The translations under genes and the position numbers were made by a program. A model generated the notes under the pieces. The model was not told the DNA's origin. It ran no database searches and worked only from the letters and a program-made list of their open reading frames with translations. Shown here piece by piece: positions 1 through 8,117 of a stretch of DNA of 64,000 nucleotides (positions are counted from its first letter, which is position 1; every line of letters begins with the position of its first letter). The DNA is from Acidimicrobiales bacterium (GTDB taxonomy: Bacteria; Actinomycetota; Acidimicrobiia; Acidimicrobiales; AC-9): contig JBPYEZ010000123.1 of the NCBI GenBank assembly GCA_051984395.1, positions 3,227 to 67,226 of the forward strand. The letters are read 5' to 3'.

Positions 1-193
1 GCTCACCGGATGGTTGGACACCGTTGCGGCCTGGAACCCGGTGACCTACGTCCTCGGTGGCCTGCGGTCACTCACGATGCAGGGCTGGCAGTGGAGCGAG
101 ATCGGCCCGGCGCTTGCCGCCATCGCCGTGGTCGCCGTGGTCAGCATGGCCCTTTGCTTCGGCGCCCTCCGGGGCCGGCTCAAGCAGGCGTGA
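1..193 (+). CDS. ABC-2 type transporter permease, C-terminal fragment (5' end outside window)
   Basis: Frame 2 is open from the window edge to TGA at 191-193. It translates to LTGWLDTVAAWNPVTYVLGGLRSL...AIAVVAVVSMALCFGALRGRLKQA, a hydrophobic terminal helix with an NP.TY motif typical of ABC-2 permeases. Confidence 0.5.
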   Translation, partial: LTGWLDTVAAWNPVTYVLGGLRSLTMQGWQWSEIGPALAAIAVVAVVSMALCFGALRGRLKQA

Positions 194-254
194 GGCCGCC
201 CACCTACGAGCCCGGGGCCGCGCGAGGCTGATCGAGGATTCTTCGTCGTCGAAC

Positions 255-280
255 GTCGATTCAGAGGTACCGAGTTCGTT
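255..280 (+). promoter_or_regulatory. Candidate ECF-type promoter upstream of the YCII/sigma operon
   Basis: A locally AT-richer patch holds GTCGAT (255-260), a 16-nt spacer and CGTT (277-280), about 50 nt upstream of the ATG at 332. It resembles my recollection of ECF41/42-type promoters (TGTC...N16...CGTC) but is imperfect. Confidence 0.25.
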
Positions 281-331
281 GTGGCGGTGACGGGCTGGCA
301 GGGTCCCGGCCCCGACGAGAGGAGAGGCGTC

Positions 332-688
332 ATGAAGCAGTACCTGCTTTCCGTTCACATGGTCGAGGGTCAGGAGCCGCCGCCCCCCGAGGAGATGCAG
401 AAGGCGTTCGACGACGTCAACGCCCTCAACGGGCAGATGCAGGCCGAGGGCGCGTGGGTGTTCGCCGGCGGGCTCCACCCGCCGACCACGGCGACCGTCG
501 TGCAGCTCAAGAACGGCGAGGTCCTGACCACCGATGGGCCCTTTGCCGAGACGAAGGAGCAGCTGGGCGGGTTCTGGGTCATCCAGGCCGAGAGTCTCGA
601 TGCCGCCCTGGCCTGGGCGGCCCGGGCGACGCGGGCCTGCAGAGGGCCCGTCGAAGTCCGGCCCTTCCAGGACGAACCCCAGAGCTAG
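332..688 (+). CDS. YCII-related (DGPF-motif) protein
   Basis: ATG at 332 is preceded by GAGAGGAGAGG. The protein carries TTDGPFAETKEQLGGFWVI, the DGPF signature of YCII-like proteins that accompany ECF42 sigma factors. Confidence 0.9.
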   Translation: MKQYLLSVHMVEGQEPPPPEEMQKAFDDVNALNGQMQAEGAWVFAGGLHPPTTATVVQLKNGEVLTTDGPFAETKEQLGGFWVIQAESLDAALAWAARATRACRGPVEVRPFQDEPQS

Positions 689-697
689 AGGTCCCTC

Positions 698-1954
698 GTG
701 GCCGTTGACGCCGGCGAGATCGAACAGCACTTCCGGCGTGAGTACGGCCGCACCGTGGCCACACTGGTCCGCTCCTTCGGCGACATCGACGTCGCCGAAG
801 AGGCGGTTCAGGAGGCCTTCGTCACCGCCATCGATCGTTGGCCCGCCACCGGCCTCCCCCCGAACCCAGGAGCGTGGATCACCACGACGGCCCGGAACCG
901 TGCCATCGATCGGCTGCGACGGGAGGCGTCACGACATGACCACCACGCCGAGGCCGCTCTCCTTCACGACCGCGACGAGCCGCCCGAGCGGACGGGACCG
1001 GTGAGGGACGACCGCCTGCGACTGATCTTCACCTGCTGCCATCCCGCCCTGGCCCGGAGCGCCCAGGTGGCCCTGACGCTGCGGCTGCTCGGTGGGCTCC
1101 AGACTCCGGAGATCGCCCGGGCCTTCCTGGTCCCGGAGGCGACGATGGCCCAGCGGCTCGTTCGGGCCAAGGCGAAGATCAGGGACGCCGGTATCCCCTA
1201 CCGGGTTCCCGACGACGTCGAGCTGCCCGACCGGCTGCGATCCGTCCTCGCGGTCGTCTACCTCGTGTTCAACGAAGGCTACGCCGCCTCGAGCGGCGAT
1301 GCCCTCGTGCGTGAGGACCTGTGCGCCGAGGCCATCCGCTTGGCCCGTCTGCTGGCCGAGCTGATGCCCGACGAGCCCGAGGTGCTCGGCCTCCTCGCGC
1401 TGGTGCTGCTGACCCACTCACGTCGTGCGGCCCGCACGGCCCCGGACCTGTCGCTGGTGCTGCTGCCCGAGCAGGACCGGTCGTTGTGGGACCGTTCGCT
1501 CATCGAGGAGGGTCAGTCGCTCGTGCGCGTTTGCCTCGCACGGAACACGCCCGGTCCCTATCAGATACAGGCGGCGATCCACGCCGTGCACAGCGACGCA
1601 TCGACAGCGGCCGAGACCGACTGGCGACAGATCCTCGCCCTCTACGACCAGCTGATGGCGTACGCGCCGACCCCGGTGGTGGCGCTCAACCGGGCCGTCG
1701 CCCTGGCCGAGGTCGAAGGACCCGAGGCAGCCCTGGCCGTGATCGACCACCTCGATCTCGACGGCTTCCATCTGCTCCACGCGGCGCGGGCCGATCTCCT
1801 CCAGCGCCTCGGCCGTGACGAGGAGGCCGCCGAGGCCTACGAGGCGGCGCTGGCCAGGGCGACCAACACCTCCGAACGGAGGTTCCTCGAGGAGCGCCGG
1901 CAGGCGGTCGCCCATGTGCCGTCCCGACCTGGCTCTGATCAAATCGGTCCATGA
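698..1954 (+). CDS. ECF sigma factor with long C-terminal TPR-like extension (ECF42-type)
   Basis: GTG start lies 10 nt after the YCII stop. The N-terminal sigma2/sigma4 regions show [12 protein letters not shown] and [23 protein letters not shown]. About 230 aa of helical-repeat extension follow, with the typical ending RRFLERR. Confidence 0.9.
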   Translation: MAVDAGEIEQHFRREYGRTVATLVRSFGDIDVAEEAVQEAFVTAIDRWPATGLPPNPGAWITTTARNRAIDRLRREASRHDHHAEAALLHDRDEPPERTGPVRDDRLRLIFTCCHPALARSAQVALTLRLLGGLQTPEIARAFLVPEATMAQRLVRAKAKIRDAGIPYRVPDDVELPDRLRSVLAVVYLVFNEGYAASSGDALVREDLCAEAIRLARLLAELMPDEPEVLGLLALVLLTHSRRAARTAPDLSLVLLPEQDRSLWDRSLIEEGQSLVRVCLARNTPGPYQIQAAIHAVHSDASTAAETDWRQILALYDQLMAYAPTPVVALNRAVALAEVEGPEAALAVIDHLDLDGFHLLHAARADLLQRLGRDEEAAEAYEAALARATNTSERRFLEERRQAVAHVPSRPGSDQIGP

Positions 1955-2298
1955 CCGTGATCAAGATCAACGCCATCACCGTCCCCGAGGACGCCGGCGA
2001 CGAGCTCGCCCGGCGCTTCGCCGCCCGCGCCCACGCCGTCGACGATCAGGACGGCTTCGAGGGCTTTCAGCTGCTCCGTCCGACCGACGGCCGCCGGCAG
2101 TGGCTCGTTGTCACGACGTGGCGGGACGAGCAGGCCTTCCAGTCCTGGGTCAGCTCGCCGGCCTTCTCCCATGGGCACGCGGGAGCAGACCGCCCCTCGC
2201 CCCATGGGGGCCCGGTCTCGGTCTCCTCGGAGCTCTGGTCGTATGAGGTGGCGGGAGGCTCGCCCGGAGAGACCAACGCCGAGAAGGTCGTCCCGTGA
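1951..2298 (+). CDS. Antibiotic-biosynthesis-monooxygenase (ABM) domain protein, MhuD-like heme-degrading monooxygenase
   Basis: ATGA overlap with the sigma stop. [12 protein letters not shown]...FEGFQLLRP...[14 protein letters not shown]...HGHAG aligns closely with my memory of M. tuberculosis MhuD (Asn7, Trp66 and His75 equivalents are present). Confidence 0.85.
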   Translation: MTVIKINAITVPEDAGDELARRFAARAHAVDDQDGFEGFQLLRPTDGRRQWLVVTTWRDEQAFQSWVSSPAFSHGHAGADRPSPHGGPVSVSSELWSYEVAGGSPGETNAEKVVP

Positions 2299-2321
2299 CG
2301 CTCGGTCGATAGCCTGGTGCC

Positions 2322-2963
2322 ATGACCGACGTCGAGATGTACGTCGATCCGAGCTGCCCGTGGGCATGGATCACGGCTCGTTGGCTCAAGGAGGTGGCCC
2401 CCGAGCGTGACCTGTCGCTCAGCTGGCCTTCCTACTGTCTCGAGATCCGCGACGAGTACGGCGTCGCTCCCACTGTGCCCGAGCACCTCCGCGACGCGGC
2501 GCGGCGTGGCCACGCCCTGTCCCACCGCATGTTGCGCATCTTCGAGGCGACGCGGGCGGCGGCAGGTGAGGCAGCCGTCGACGACCTGTACAGCCAGTGG
2601 GGCGCTCGGTTCTTCGCTCCGGGAACCGAGCGCGACGAGACGCTCCTCTCCGCCTGCGTGGCGGCGTGCGGGCTCGACGCGAATCTTCTCATGGCTGCCG
2701 ACGACGAGAAGTGGGACGCCCCGATCGTCGAGGCGATGGACATCGCCTACCAGTTCGGCGGTCACAAGACCCAGACACCGACGATCGTCGTGCGTACCGA
2801 CCCACCCCATGGCTTCAAGGGGCCGGTGATGGCACCAGCCCCGACCGGCGACAGTGCCGTCAGGCTGTGGGACGCCATCCAGGTCCTCTCCCAGGAGCCC
2901 GGGTTCTTCGAGATGACACGACCGAGGGTGAACCCGCCAAGACCACCCCGTCCACCGGCCTAA
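2322..2963 (+). CDS. DsbA-family thioredoxin-fold protein, Rv2466c-like (active site CPWA)
   Basis: YVDPSCPWAWITARWLKEV at the N-terminus and TPTIVV...GPV...LWDA...FFE near the C-terminus parallel Rv2466c (FDPLCPWCWITSRW...). The second active-site Cys is replaced by Ala. Confidence 0.8.
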   Translation: MTDVEMYVDPSCPWAWITARWLKEVAPERDLSLSWPSYCLEIRDEYGVAPTVPEHLRDAARRGHALSHRMLRIFEATRAAAGEAAVDDLYSQWGARFFAPGTERDETLLSACVAACGLDANLLMAADDEKWDAPIVEAMDIAYQFGGHKTQTPTIVVRTDPPHGFKGPVMAPAPTGDSAVRLWDAIQVLSQEPGFFEMTRPRVNPPRPPRPPA

Positions 2964-2981
2964 CCACCCGGCTGGTTCGGG

Positions 2982-3296
2982 TCACGGGTCGTCGTTCTCG
3001 GCCTCTCTCCCGATCCGGGCTGGCCCGTCGGGGTCGCCGAGCAGCACCTCGCTCAGGCCGACGAGGTCGAGCAGCTCGCGCAGCTCGACGCAGGCCCCTC
3101 GCACCTGGATCGAGCAGCCCAGTCGCCCTGCGAGGAGCCGCAGCCGCGCCAGCTCGTCCACGGCTTCGAGGCCCGGGGGCCCCCACCACCGGAGCGGCCA
3201 TGTCGCCAGCTCCGCGTGATCGCGGACGAGCACCACGATCGCCACACTGCGTCGCCGCGGCACACTGCTACGACGACGGTCGTCGACGGGAATCAT
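2982..3296 (-). CDS. STAS-domain (anti-sigma-antagonist-like) small protein
   Basis: This is the 3' part of the long minus ORF 2982-4217, with ATG at 3296. LEAVDELARLRLLAGRLGCSIQVRGACVELRELLDLVGLSEVL matches the actinobacterial STAS-like pattern (D.LARLQL.ARRLGC.I.LRGA...L.ELL.L.GL..VL). The start is uncertain. Confidence 0.5.
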   Translation of the reverse strand: MIPVDDRRRSSVPRRRSVAIVVLVRDHAELATWPLRWWGPPGLEAVDELARLRLLAGRLGCSIQVRGACVELRELLDLVGLSEVLLGDPDGPARIGREAENDDP

Positions 3297-3341
3297 CGCC
3301 GCGCTCGGAATGCTGCCGGCGTCCGAACCGTTGGGTGAACC

Positions 3342-3728
3342 ATGACACAGGGTCACCGCATCACGATCACGCCCGCCGATCTCCACGTCGAGGTCACCGT
3401 CGGCGGCGAGAAGGTCGCCGAGTCGGACCATCCGGTCCTCCTCGACGAGACCGGCCTGCCCACCCGCTACTACCTTCCCCGCCACGACGTGCGCACCGAG
3501 CTGCTGCGGCCCACCAGCACCGAGACGACCTGCCCGTTCAAGGGCCAGGCGTCGTACTGGTCCGTCGTGGTCGGGGGTGAGGTGCACGACGACATCGTGT
3601 GGAGCTACGAGTCCCCGATCCCACAAGCAGAGGGTGTCGCCGGACTGCTGTGCTTCTTCAACGAGCGCGTCGGCCTCACCATCGACGGTGAGCGCCAAGC
3701 CGCACCGGAGACGCCCTTCTCCCGCTAG
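3342..3728 (+). CDS. DUF427 domain protein
   Basis: LPTRYYLPRHDV...CPFKGQASYWSV...DIVWSYESP...AGLLCFFNERV is the characteristic DUF427 motif set. Confidence 0.85.
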   Translation: MTQGHRITITPADLHVEVTVGGEKVAESDHPVLLDETGLPTRYYLPRHDVRTELLRPTSTETTCPFKGQASYWSVVVGGEVHDDIVWSYESPIPQAEGVAGLLCFFNERVGLTIDGERQAAPETPFSR

Positions 3729-3765
3729 ACGAGCGCACGTGCCCGGCCCGCCCCGGTCGCTGGCA

Positions 3766-3799
3766 TGGACAAACACTTGAACAAACGCTAAAGTGTTCA
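3766..3799 (+). promoter_or_regulatory. Sigma70-type promoter with overlapping inverted repeats (putative ArsR/SmtB operator); leaderless arsR start
   Basis: TGGACA (3766-3771), a 17-nt spacer and TAAAGT (3789-3794) are followed 7 nt later by the A of the arsR ATG at 3801. The spacer and -10 region hold the inverted repeats AACACTT (3772-3778)/AAGTGTT (3791-3797) and TGAACA (3778-3783)/TGTTCA (3794-3799). This is the most AT-rich spot in the neighbourhood. Confidence 0.45.
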
Positions 3800-3800
3800 C

Positions 3801-4223
3801 ATGGCGCTGAGGCCGGTGACACCACCGACGGAACCGGACGCGGCGTCGGACGCGGCAGAGGTCTCGGGCCCGGCGGGACCTGGCGAGGCGGTCCTCGCCA
3901 ACGGGTGCGAGCTGCTCAGGGCCCTCGGGACCCCTCACCGTCTGGCGATCGTCCTGCAGCTGGCCGAGCGCCCTCGCTGCGTCCACGAGCTGGTCGACGA
4001 CCTCGGTATCTCGCCGTCCCTGGCCTCCCAGCACCTGCGGGTGCTCCGCACGACCGGGCTGGTGACCGCCGCCCGCCGGGGCAAGGAGACGGTGTACACC
4101 CTGGCCGACGAGCACGTCGCCCACATCGCTCAGGACGCCATCACCCACGGCACCGAGGCCGGCCACCGGAGCTCGGCTCCGCCGGACCCGACAACGGAGA
4201 CAACGGAGGTTCATCAACCATGA
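3801..4223 (+). CDS. ArsR/SmtB-family metalloregulator
   Basis: The winged-helix core reads LLRALGTPHRLAIVLQLAERPRCVHELVDDLGISPSLASQHLRVLRTTGLVTAARRGKETVYTL. Confidence 0.9.
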   Translation: MALRPVTPPTEPDAASDAAEVSGPAGPGEAVLANGCELLRALGTPHRLAIVLQLAERPRCVHELVDDLGISPSLASQHLRVLRTTGLVTAARRGKETVYTLADEHVAHIAQDAITHGTEAGHRSSAPPDPTTETTEVHQP

Positions 4224-4519
4224 CCCCTGCCAGCCATCAGACCCATGCCGGGCACGACCACGCCCACGGCGCGAGCTGCGGGCACGTCGCCGTGGTCCAT
4301 GACGACCACACGGACTACCTCCACGACGGCCATACCCACCGCGACCACGGCGACCACTGGGACGAGTGCGTGCTCGCCGTCCACGTGGCCCACGACAACC
4401 ACGACCACACCCACGGCGAGGGCTGCGGCCACGCCTCGGTCACCCACGGCGACCACACCGACTACCTCCACGACGAGCACCGTCACGCCGCCCACGACGG
4501 CCACTGGGACGAGCACTGA
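4220..4519 (+). CDS. Histidine-rich tandem-repeat protein (putative metal-binding or buffering protein)
   Basis: ATGA overlap with the arsR stop. The protein is 99 aa with 27 His and 3 Cys by my count. It has two 39-aa repeats (aa 12-50 and 61-99, 25/39 identical) with the pattern HDH.HG..CGH..V.H.DHTDYLHD.H.H..H..HWDE. Confidence 0.75.
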   Translation: MTPASHQTHAGHDHAHGASCGHVAVVHDDHTDYLHDGHTHRDHGDHWDECVLAVHVAHDNHDHTHGEGCGHASVTHGDHTDYLHDEHRHAAHDGHWDEH

Positions 4520-4610
4520 GCGGCTGGCTTCCACCATCATCAGCCGACTCGGGGACACGCTGGGCGAGCGGCGACAGGAGCGCTCCCGTCGGCTCTAAGG
4601 TGGCACCCTG

Positions 4611-5822
4611 ATGCGACTCGTGTGGGGTCAGGCTGGTCCCCCCGAGGTGAGCGCCCGACGAGTGGCGATCACCGGGCTGGGGATCGTCTCCTGTTGCGGA
4701 ATCGGCAAGGACGCATTCTGGGATGGCTTGTGCGGCCCCGCGCCGGTGGGCGAGCGCCGGGTCGTCGGCTTCGACCCATCCGAGTGGTTCAGCGCCAAGG
4801 AGGTTCGCCGGGTCGACCGGTTCGGCCAGCTGACGGTGGCGGCTGCGGCCATGGCTCTCGACGACGCCGGCCCCGTCGATGTCGACCCCGACCGGGCGGG
4901 GGTCATCATGGGTACCGGGGCGGGAGGCATCGAGACGCTCGAGACGCAGTTCGTCGTCGAGCGGGACCGGGGATCGGATCGCGTCTCTCCCTTCCTGGTG
5001 CCCATGATGATGCTCAACGCCGGGTCGGCGCTGGTGTCGATGCGCACCGGATGGCAGGGCCCGTGCGAGACGGTCTCTACCGCTTGTGCCACCGGGACCC
5101 ACGCCGTCGCCAATGCCGCGCGCCTGGTGGCCAGCGGTCGCTGCGAGGTGATGCTGGCCGGAGGGGCCGAGGGGGCCATGATCGAGCCCGCCCTCGCCGC
5201 CTTGACGAACACGACGGCCCTCTCCCAGACGGGTATCTCCCGGCCCTTCGACGCTCGGCGGGACGGGTTCCTCATGGCCGAGGGCTCCGCCGCCGTCGTC
5301 CTCGAGGACTTCGAGCGGGCCTCGAGCCGAGGCGCGCGCATCTACGGTGAGGTGGCGGGGGCGGCGAGCAACGCCGACGCCCACCACATCACGATGCCTG
5401 CCCCCGGCGGCACCGGGGCGGCCGCCTGCATGGAGCTGGCCCTGGCCGACGCCGGCCTGGCCGCGGACGAAATCGGCCATATCAACGCCCACGGCACCTC
5501 GACCCCGCTGAACGACGCCGCCGAGGCCGAGGCGATTGCCAAGGTCTTCGGCTCTCCGGGCCCGCCCCTGACGTCGATCAAGGGGATCACCGGTCACGCC
5601 ATGGGAGCGGCCGGGGCCATCGAGGCCGTCTCGGTCGCATTGACGATCGAGCGGGGCCTCATCCCCCCGACCGCCGGGTACGAGGAAGCCGATCCCCACA
5701 TCCAGCTCGACGTCGTCGCCGGTGCGCCACGTCGCTGGGCGCCAGGCCCGGTGCTGTCGAACTCGTTCGGCTTCGGTGGCCACAACGGCTGCCTCGTCGT
5801 CGTCCCCGTGGCGAGCGGCTAG
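4611..5822 (+). CDS. Beta-ketoacyl-ACP synthase II (KAS I/II family)
   Basis: AAGGTGG lies 7 nt before the ATG. RVAITGLGIVS, active-site Cys in TVSTACATG, and His residues in DAHHITMP and NAHGTSTP are present, with GFGGHNGCLVV at the end. Confidence 0.9.
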   Translation: MRLVWGQAGPPEVSARRVAITGLGIVSCCGIGKDAFWDGLCGPAPVGERRVVGFDPSEWFSAKEVRRVDRFGQLTVAAAAMALDDAGPVDVDPDRAGVIMGTGAGGIETLETQFVVERDRGSDRVSPFLVPMMMLNAGSALVSMRTGWQGPCETVSTACATGTHAVANAARLVASGRCEVMLAGGAEGAMIEPALAALTNTTALSQTGISRPFDARRDGFLMAEGSAAVVLEDFERASSRGARIYGEVAGAASNADAHHITMPAPGGTGAAACMELALADAGLAADEIGHINAHGTSTPLNDAAEAEAIAKVFGSPGPPLTSIKGITGHAMGAAGAIEAVSVALTIERGLIPPTAGYEEADPHIQLDVVAGAPRRWAPGPVLSNSFGFGGHNGCLVVVPVASG

Positions 5823-5962
5823 CCGGGCCGTGCCGGACGCTGGGCACTGGTTGGTCGACGCCCGCGCTCGGCGCGTTCTGCCTGGTGCCCGCCTAGCTAT
5901 CATCGTGCGCTGCGGTCGTCGGGACCTCCACGAGACCCGTGAGAGCATCCACGAGAGGAGCC

Positions 5963-6775
5963 ATGGACAGGGCGTTTGACACTCCCTACGAGGCCTTCAC
6001 CCGCGATCACGCCTACCAGCTGGGCATCGATCACCTGGTCAGGTTCGCGGGCATCCAGCCCTCCCAGGTGGTGATGGATCTCGGCGGAGGTACCGGTGCC
6101 ATGTCCCTCGCCGTGCTCGAACGATGCGACCCGGCCGAGCTCGTCGTGGTCGAGCCGGACGAGGCGGGCCTCGCCGCCGCCAGAGCGGCACTCGGCACGC
6201 GAGCCCGCTACGTGTCGGCGACGGCCGAGTGCCTGCACGAGCACGTGGCGCCCGCCTCGGTCGATCACGTGATCGTGGCCAACGCCATCCACCTGTTCGA
6301 CGATCTCCCCCGGGCGACCAGCAACGTCTTCTCGATCCTGCGACCGAAGGGAACGATGTCGATCAGCACCGCCTTCCATCGCGACGCCAGCGGCGAGGAC
6401 GAGCATCGGCTGGCGAAGGCGACGCTGCTGCGGGCCCTACGCCAGCTGAGATCCACCCCCAAACGGGAGTCCACGGATGAGCGGTCCTACAAGGAGCGGG
6501 GGGAGCTCTCGCAGGAGAGCCTCGTCGAGGCCTTGTGCCAGGCGGGTTTCGATGACGTGGTGACCGAGTCGGTCCCCATCCCCATCACACCCGACTTTCT
6601 CGCCGCCTTCCTCCAGACCGACATCTTCGCCCTTGCCGTGCTCCCCGACTACGACCCGGCGGTGTCGTGCCCGGTGCTGGGCCAGGCGGTCATGGATGCG
6701 GCCGCCAACGACAAGACGGGCGGCGTGTACATGCGCAACTGGTTGTTCGCCAAGGCGACGAAGCCGGGAGACTGA
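5963..6775 (+). CDS. Class I SAM-dependent methyltransferase
   Basis: Motif I reads VVMDLGGGTGAMSLAVL and motif post-I reads VVVEPD. ATG at 5963 follows GAGAGGAG; an in-frame GTG at 5939 is an alternative start. Confidence 0.85.
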   Translation: MDRAFDTPYEAFTRDHAYQLGIDHLVRFAGIQPSQVVMDLGGGTGAMSLAVLERCDPAELVVVEPDEAGLAAARAALGTRARYVSATAECLHEHVAPASVDHVIVANAIHLFDDLPRATSNVFSILRPKGTMSISTAFHRDASGEDEHRLAKATLLRALRQLRSTPKRESTDERSYKERGELSQESLVEALCQAGFDDVVTESVPIPITPDFLAAFLQTDIFALAVLPDYDPAVSCPVLGQAVMDAAANDKTGGVYMRNWLFAKATKPGD

Positions 6776-6798
6776 CTGCCAGCGGCGCCCAACGGGCG

Positions 6799-7362
6799 CT
6801 ACTGCCGGTAGGGATCCCGGTACGTGTCCCGATAGGGGTCCCGGTACGGGTCCTGGTATGGGTCCCGGTAGGGCCGTGCCGGGGGCGGCTGGCCGGGCGC
6901 GGACTGTCGCTGGTTCAACACGCTCTGCCCGAAGCCCGAGATGAGGGCGATGACGGTGATACCCACGGCGAGGTTGATGGCGGCCACGGTGACCTGGGAC
7001 TCGAGGCTGGCCGACGCCGTGAAGGGCAGGAGGACGGCCAGCGCCGTCACGATGCCCATGATGGCGGTGAACAGCAGCTCCGGACGCGGTGCGCTGAGCA
7101 GGAGCAGGTACATGAGGGCGGTGGCCACCAGCGTGACCGCCGCCGCCCCGACGGCGTACCACCCCGTGTTCACGTCGAGGAGAGCGCCGCCTCCGGTGTT
7201 GATGAGCACGTGGACGTTGAGCACATGGGCGACGACGAGACCCACCACGACGATGCCGGCGGCCACGAACGCGGCCGCGAAACCGCCGGCCCAGAGCCTG
7301 ACGGCGTCGACACGAGGCCCCTGCCCGGAGCCTCCCCCATACGGATCGCCACGTCGACTCAT
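6799..7362 (-). CDS. Integral membrane protein (DUF6069-like) with C-terminal DPYR repeat tail
   Basis: Four predicted TM helices are visible (RLWAGGFAAAFVAAGIVVVGLVVA..., WYAVGAAAVTLVATALMYLLLL, LLFTAIMGIVTALAVLLPF, VAAINLAVGITVIALISGF). The tail reads RPYRDPYQDPYRDPYRDTYRDPYRQ. The family name is from memory. Confidence 0.75.
   Translation of the reverse strand: MSRRGDPYGGGSGQGPRVDAVRLWAGGFAAAFVAAGIVVVGLVVAHVLNVHVLINTGGGALLDVNTGWYAVGAAAVTLVATALMYLLLLSAPRPELLFTAIMGIVTALAVLLPFTASASLESQVTVAAINLAVGITVIALISGFGQSVLNQRQSAPGQPPPARPYRDPYQDPYRDPYRDTYRDPYRQ
6805..6876. repeat. Six imperfect 12-nt tandem repeats (ccggta.gggtc)
   Basis: The units are ccggtagggatc, ccggtacgtgtc, ccgataggggtc, ccggtacgggtc, ctggtatgggtc and ccggtagggccg. 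On the minus strand they encode the (D/T)PY(R/Q) tetrapeptide repeats. Confidence 0.8.
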
Positions 7363-7421
7363 GCGCTACCCCTCATGGCCGGGCCAATGCTACCCCCCTC
7401 GATGGGACCGGTCGTCACGGC

Positions 7422-7886
7422 CTACTCGGATCCGGTGCCCGAGCTCGGAAAGTGGTCGTCCTCGAAGCGGTGACTGTAGGTGCGTCCGTCCAACCAGCGG
7501 AGGAACGGCGCATGAGGCAGCTCGAGGACGAACAGCAGGAGGGCGGCGGTGATCACGCCGAGGACCAGGTGCCCGTAACCCACGACGATCCCGATGCCGG
7601 CTGCGCCGAAGATGGCTGCCGCGCTGGTGAGACCTCTCACCAGCCCACCCTCGCCGTGGAAGACGACGCCTCCACCGATGAAGCCGATGCCGGTCACCAC
7701 GCCGGCCACGGTCTGGGGGGACGAGCGTCCGGCCACCGCCGTGATCGCCGTCGCCGCCGCGCCCACCAACGCGAACGTCCGGTCCCCCGCCGGGGACCCG
7801 CGGATCTGGCGCTCGAACCCGAAGGCATAGGCCAGGGCGAAGCCCACGAGTATGCGCCCGAGCAGCCCGAAATCGCCGTGGATCAC
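7422..7886 (-). CDS. MgtC/SapB family membrane protein
   Basis: GTG start. LVGFALAYAFGFERQ...AGDRTFALV...GVVTGIGFIGGGVVF...GLTSAAAIFGAAGIGIVVG is the MgtC family core. Confidence 0.9.
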   Translation of the reverse strand: MIHGDFGLLGRILVGFALAYAFGFERQIRGSPAGDRTFALVGAAATAITAVAGRSSPQTVAGVVTGIGFIGGGVVFHGEGGLVRGLTSAAAIFGAAGIGIVVGYGHLVLGVITAALLLFVLELPHAPFLRWLDGRTYSHRFEDDHFPSSGTGSE

Positions 7887-8117
7887 CGGGTCAAGTATCC
7901 CAGCGGCGTACGGCCCATCGGCGGACGATCCCTCCGCGCAGCACGACCCGGCCGAGCCCTCCTCGACCAGGTCGTCATGTATGCTGCCGGGAACGCCGAA
8001 CCACCAGCAGAGGCCGCACGACCGGGGGGAGCCAGGTGGACGAGGTCCAAACAGACCAGCCCCTCGAGGCTGCAGGCGGAGTCAGACGGGGCGGAGTGAG
8101 ACGGCGGAGACCGCCAG

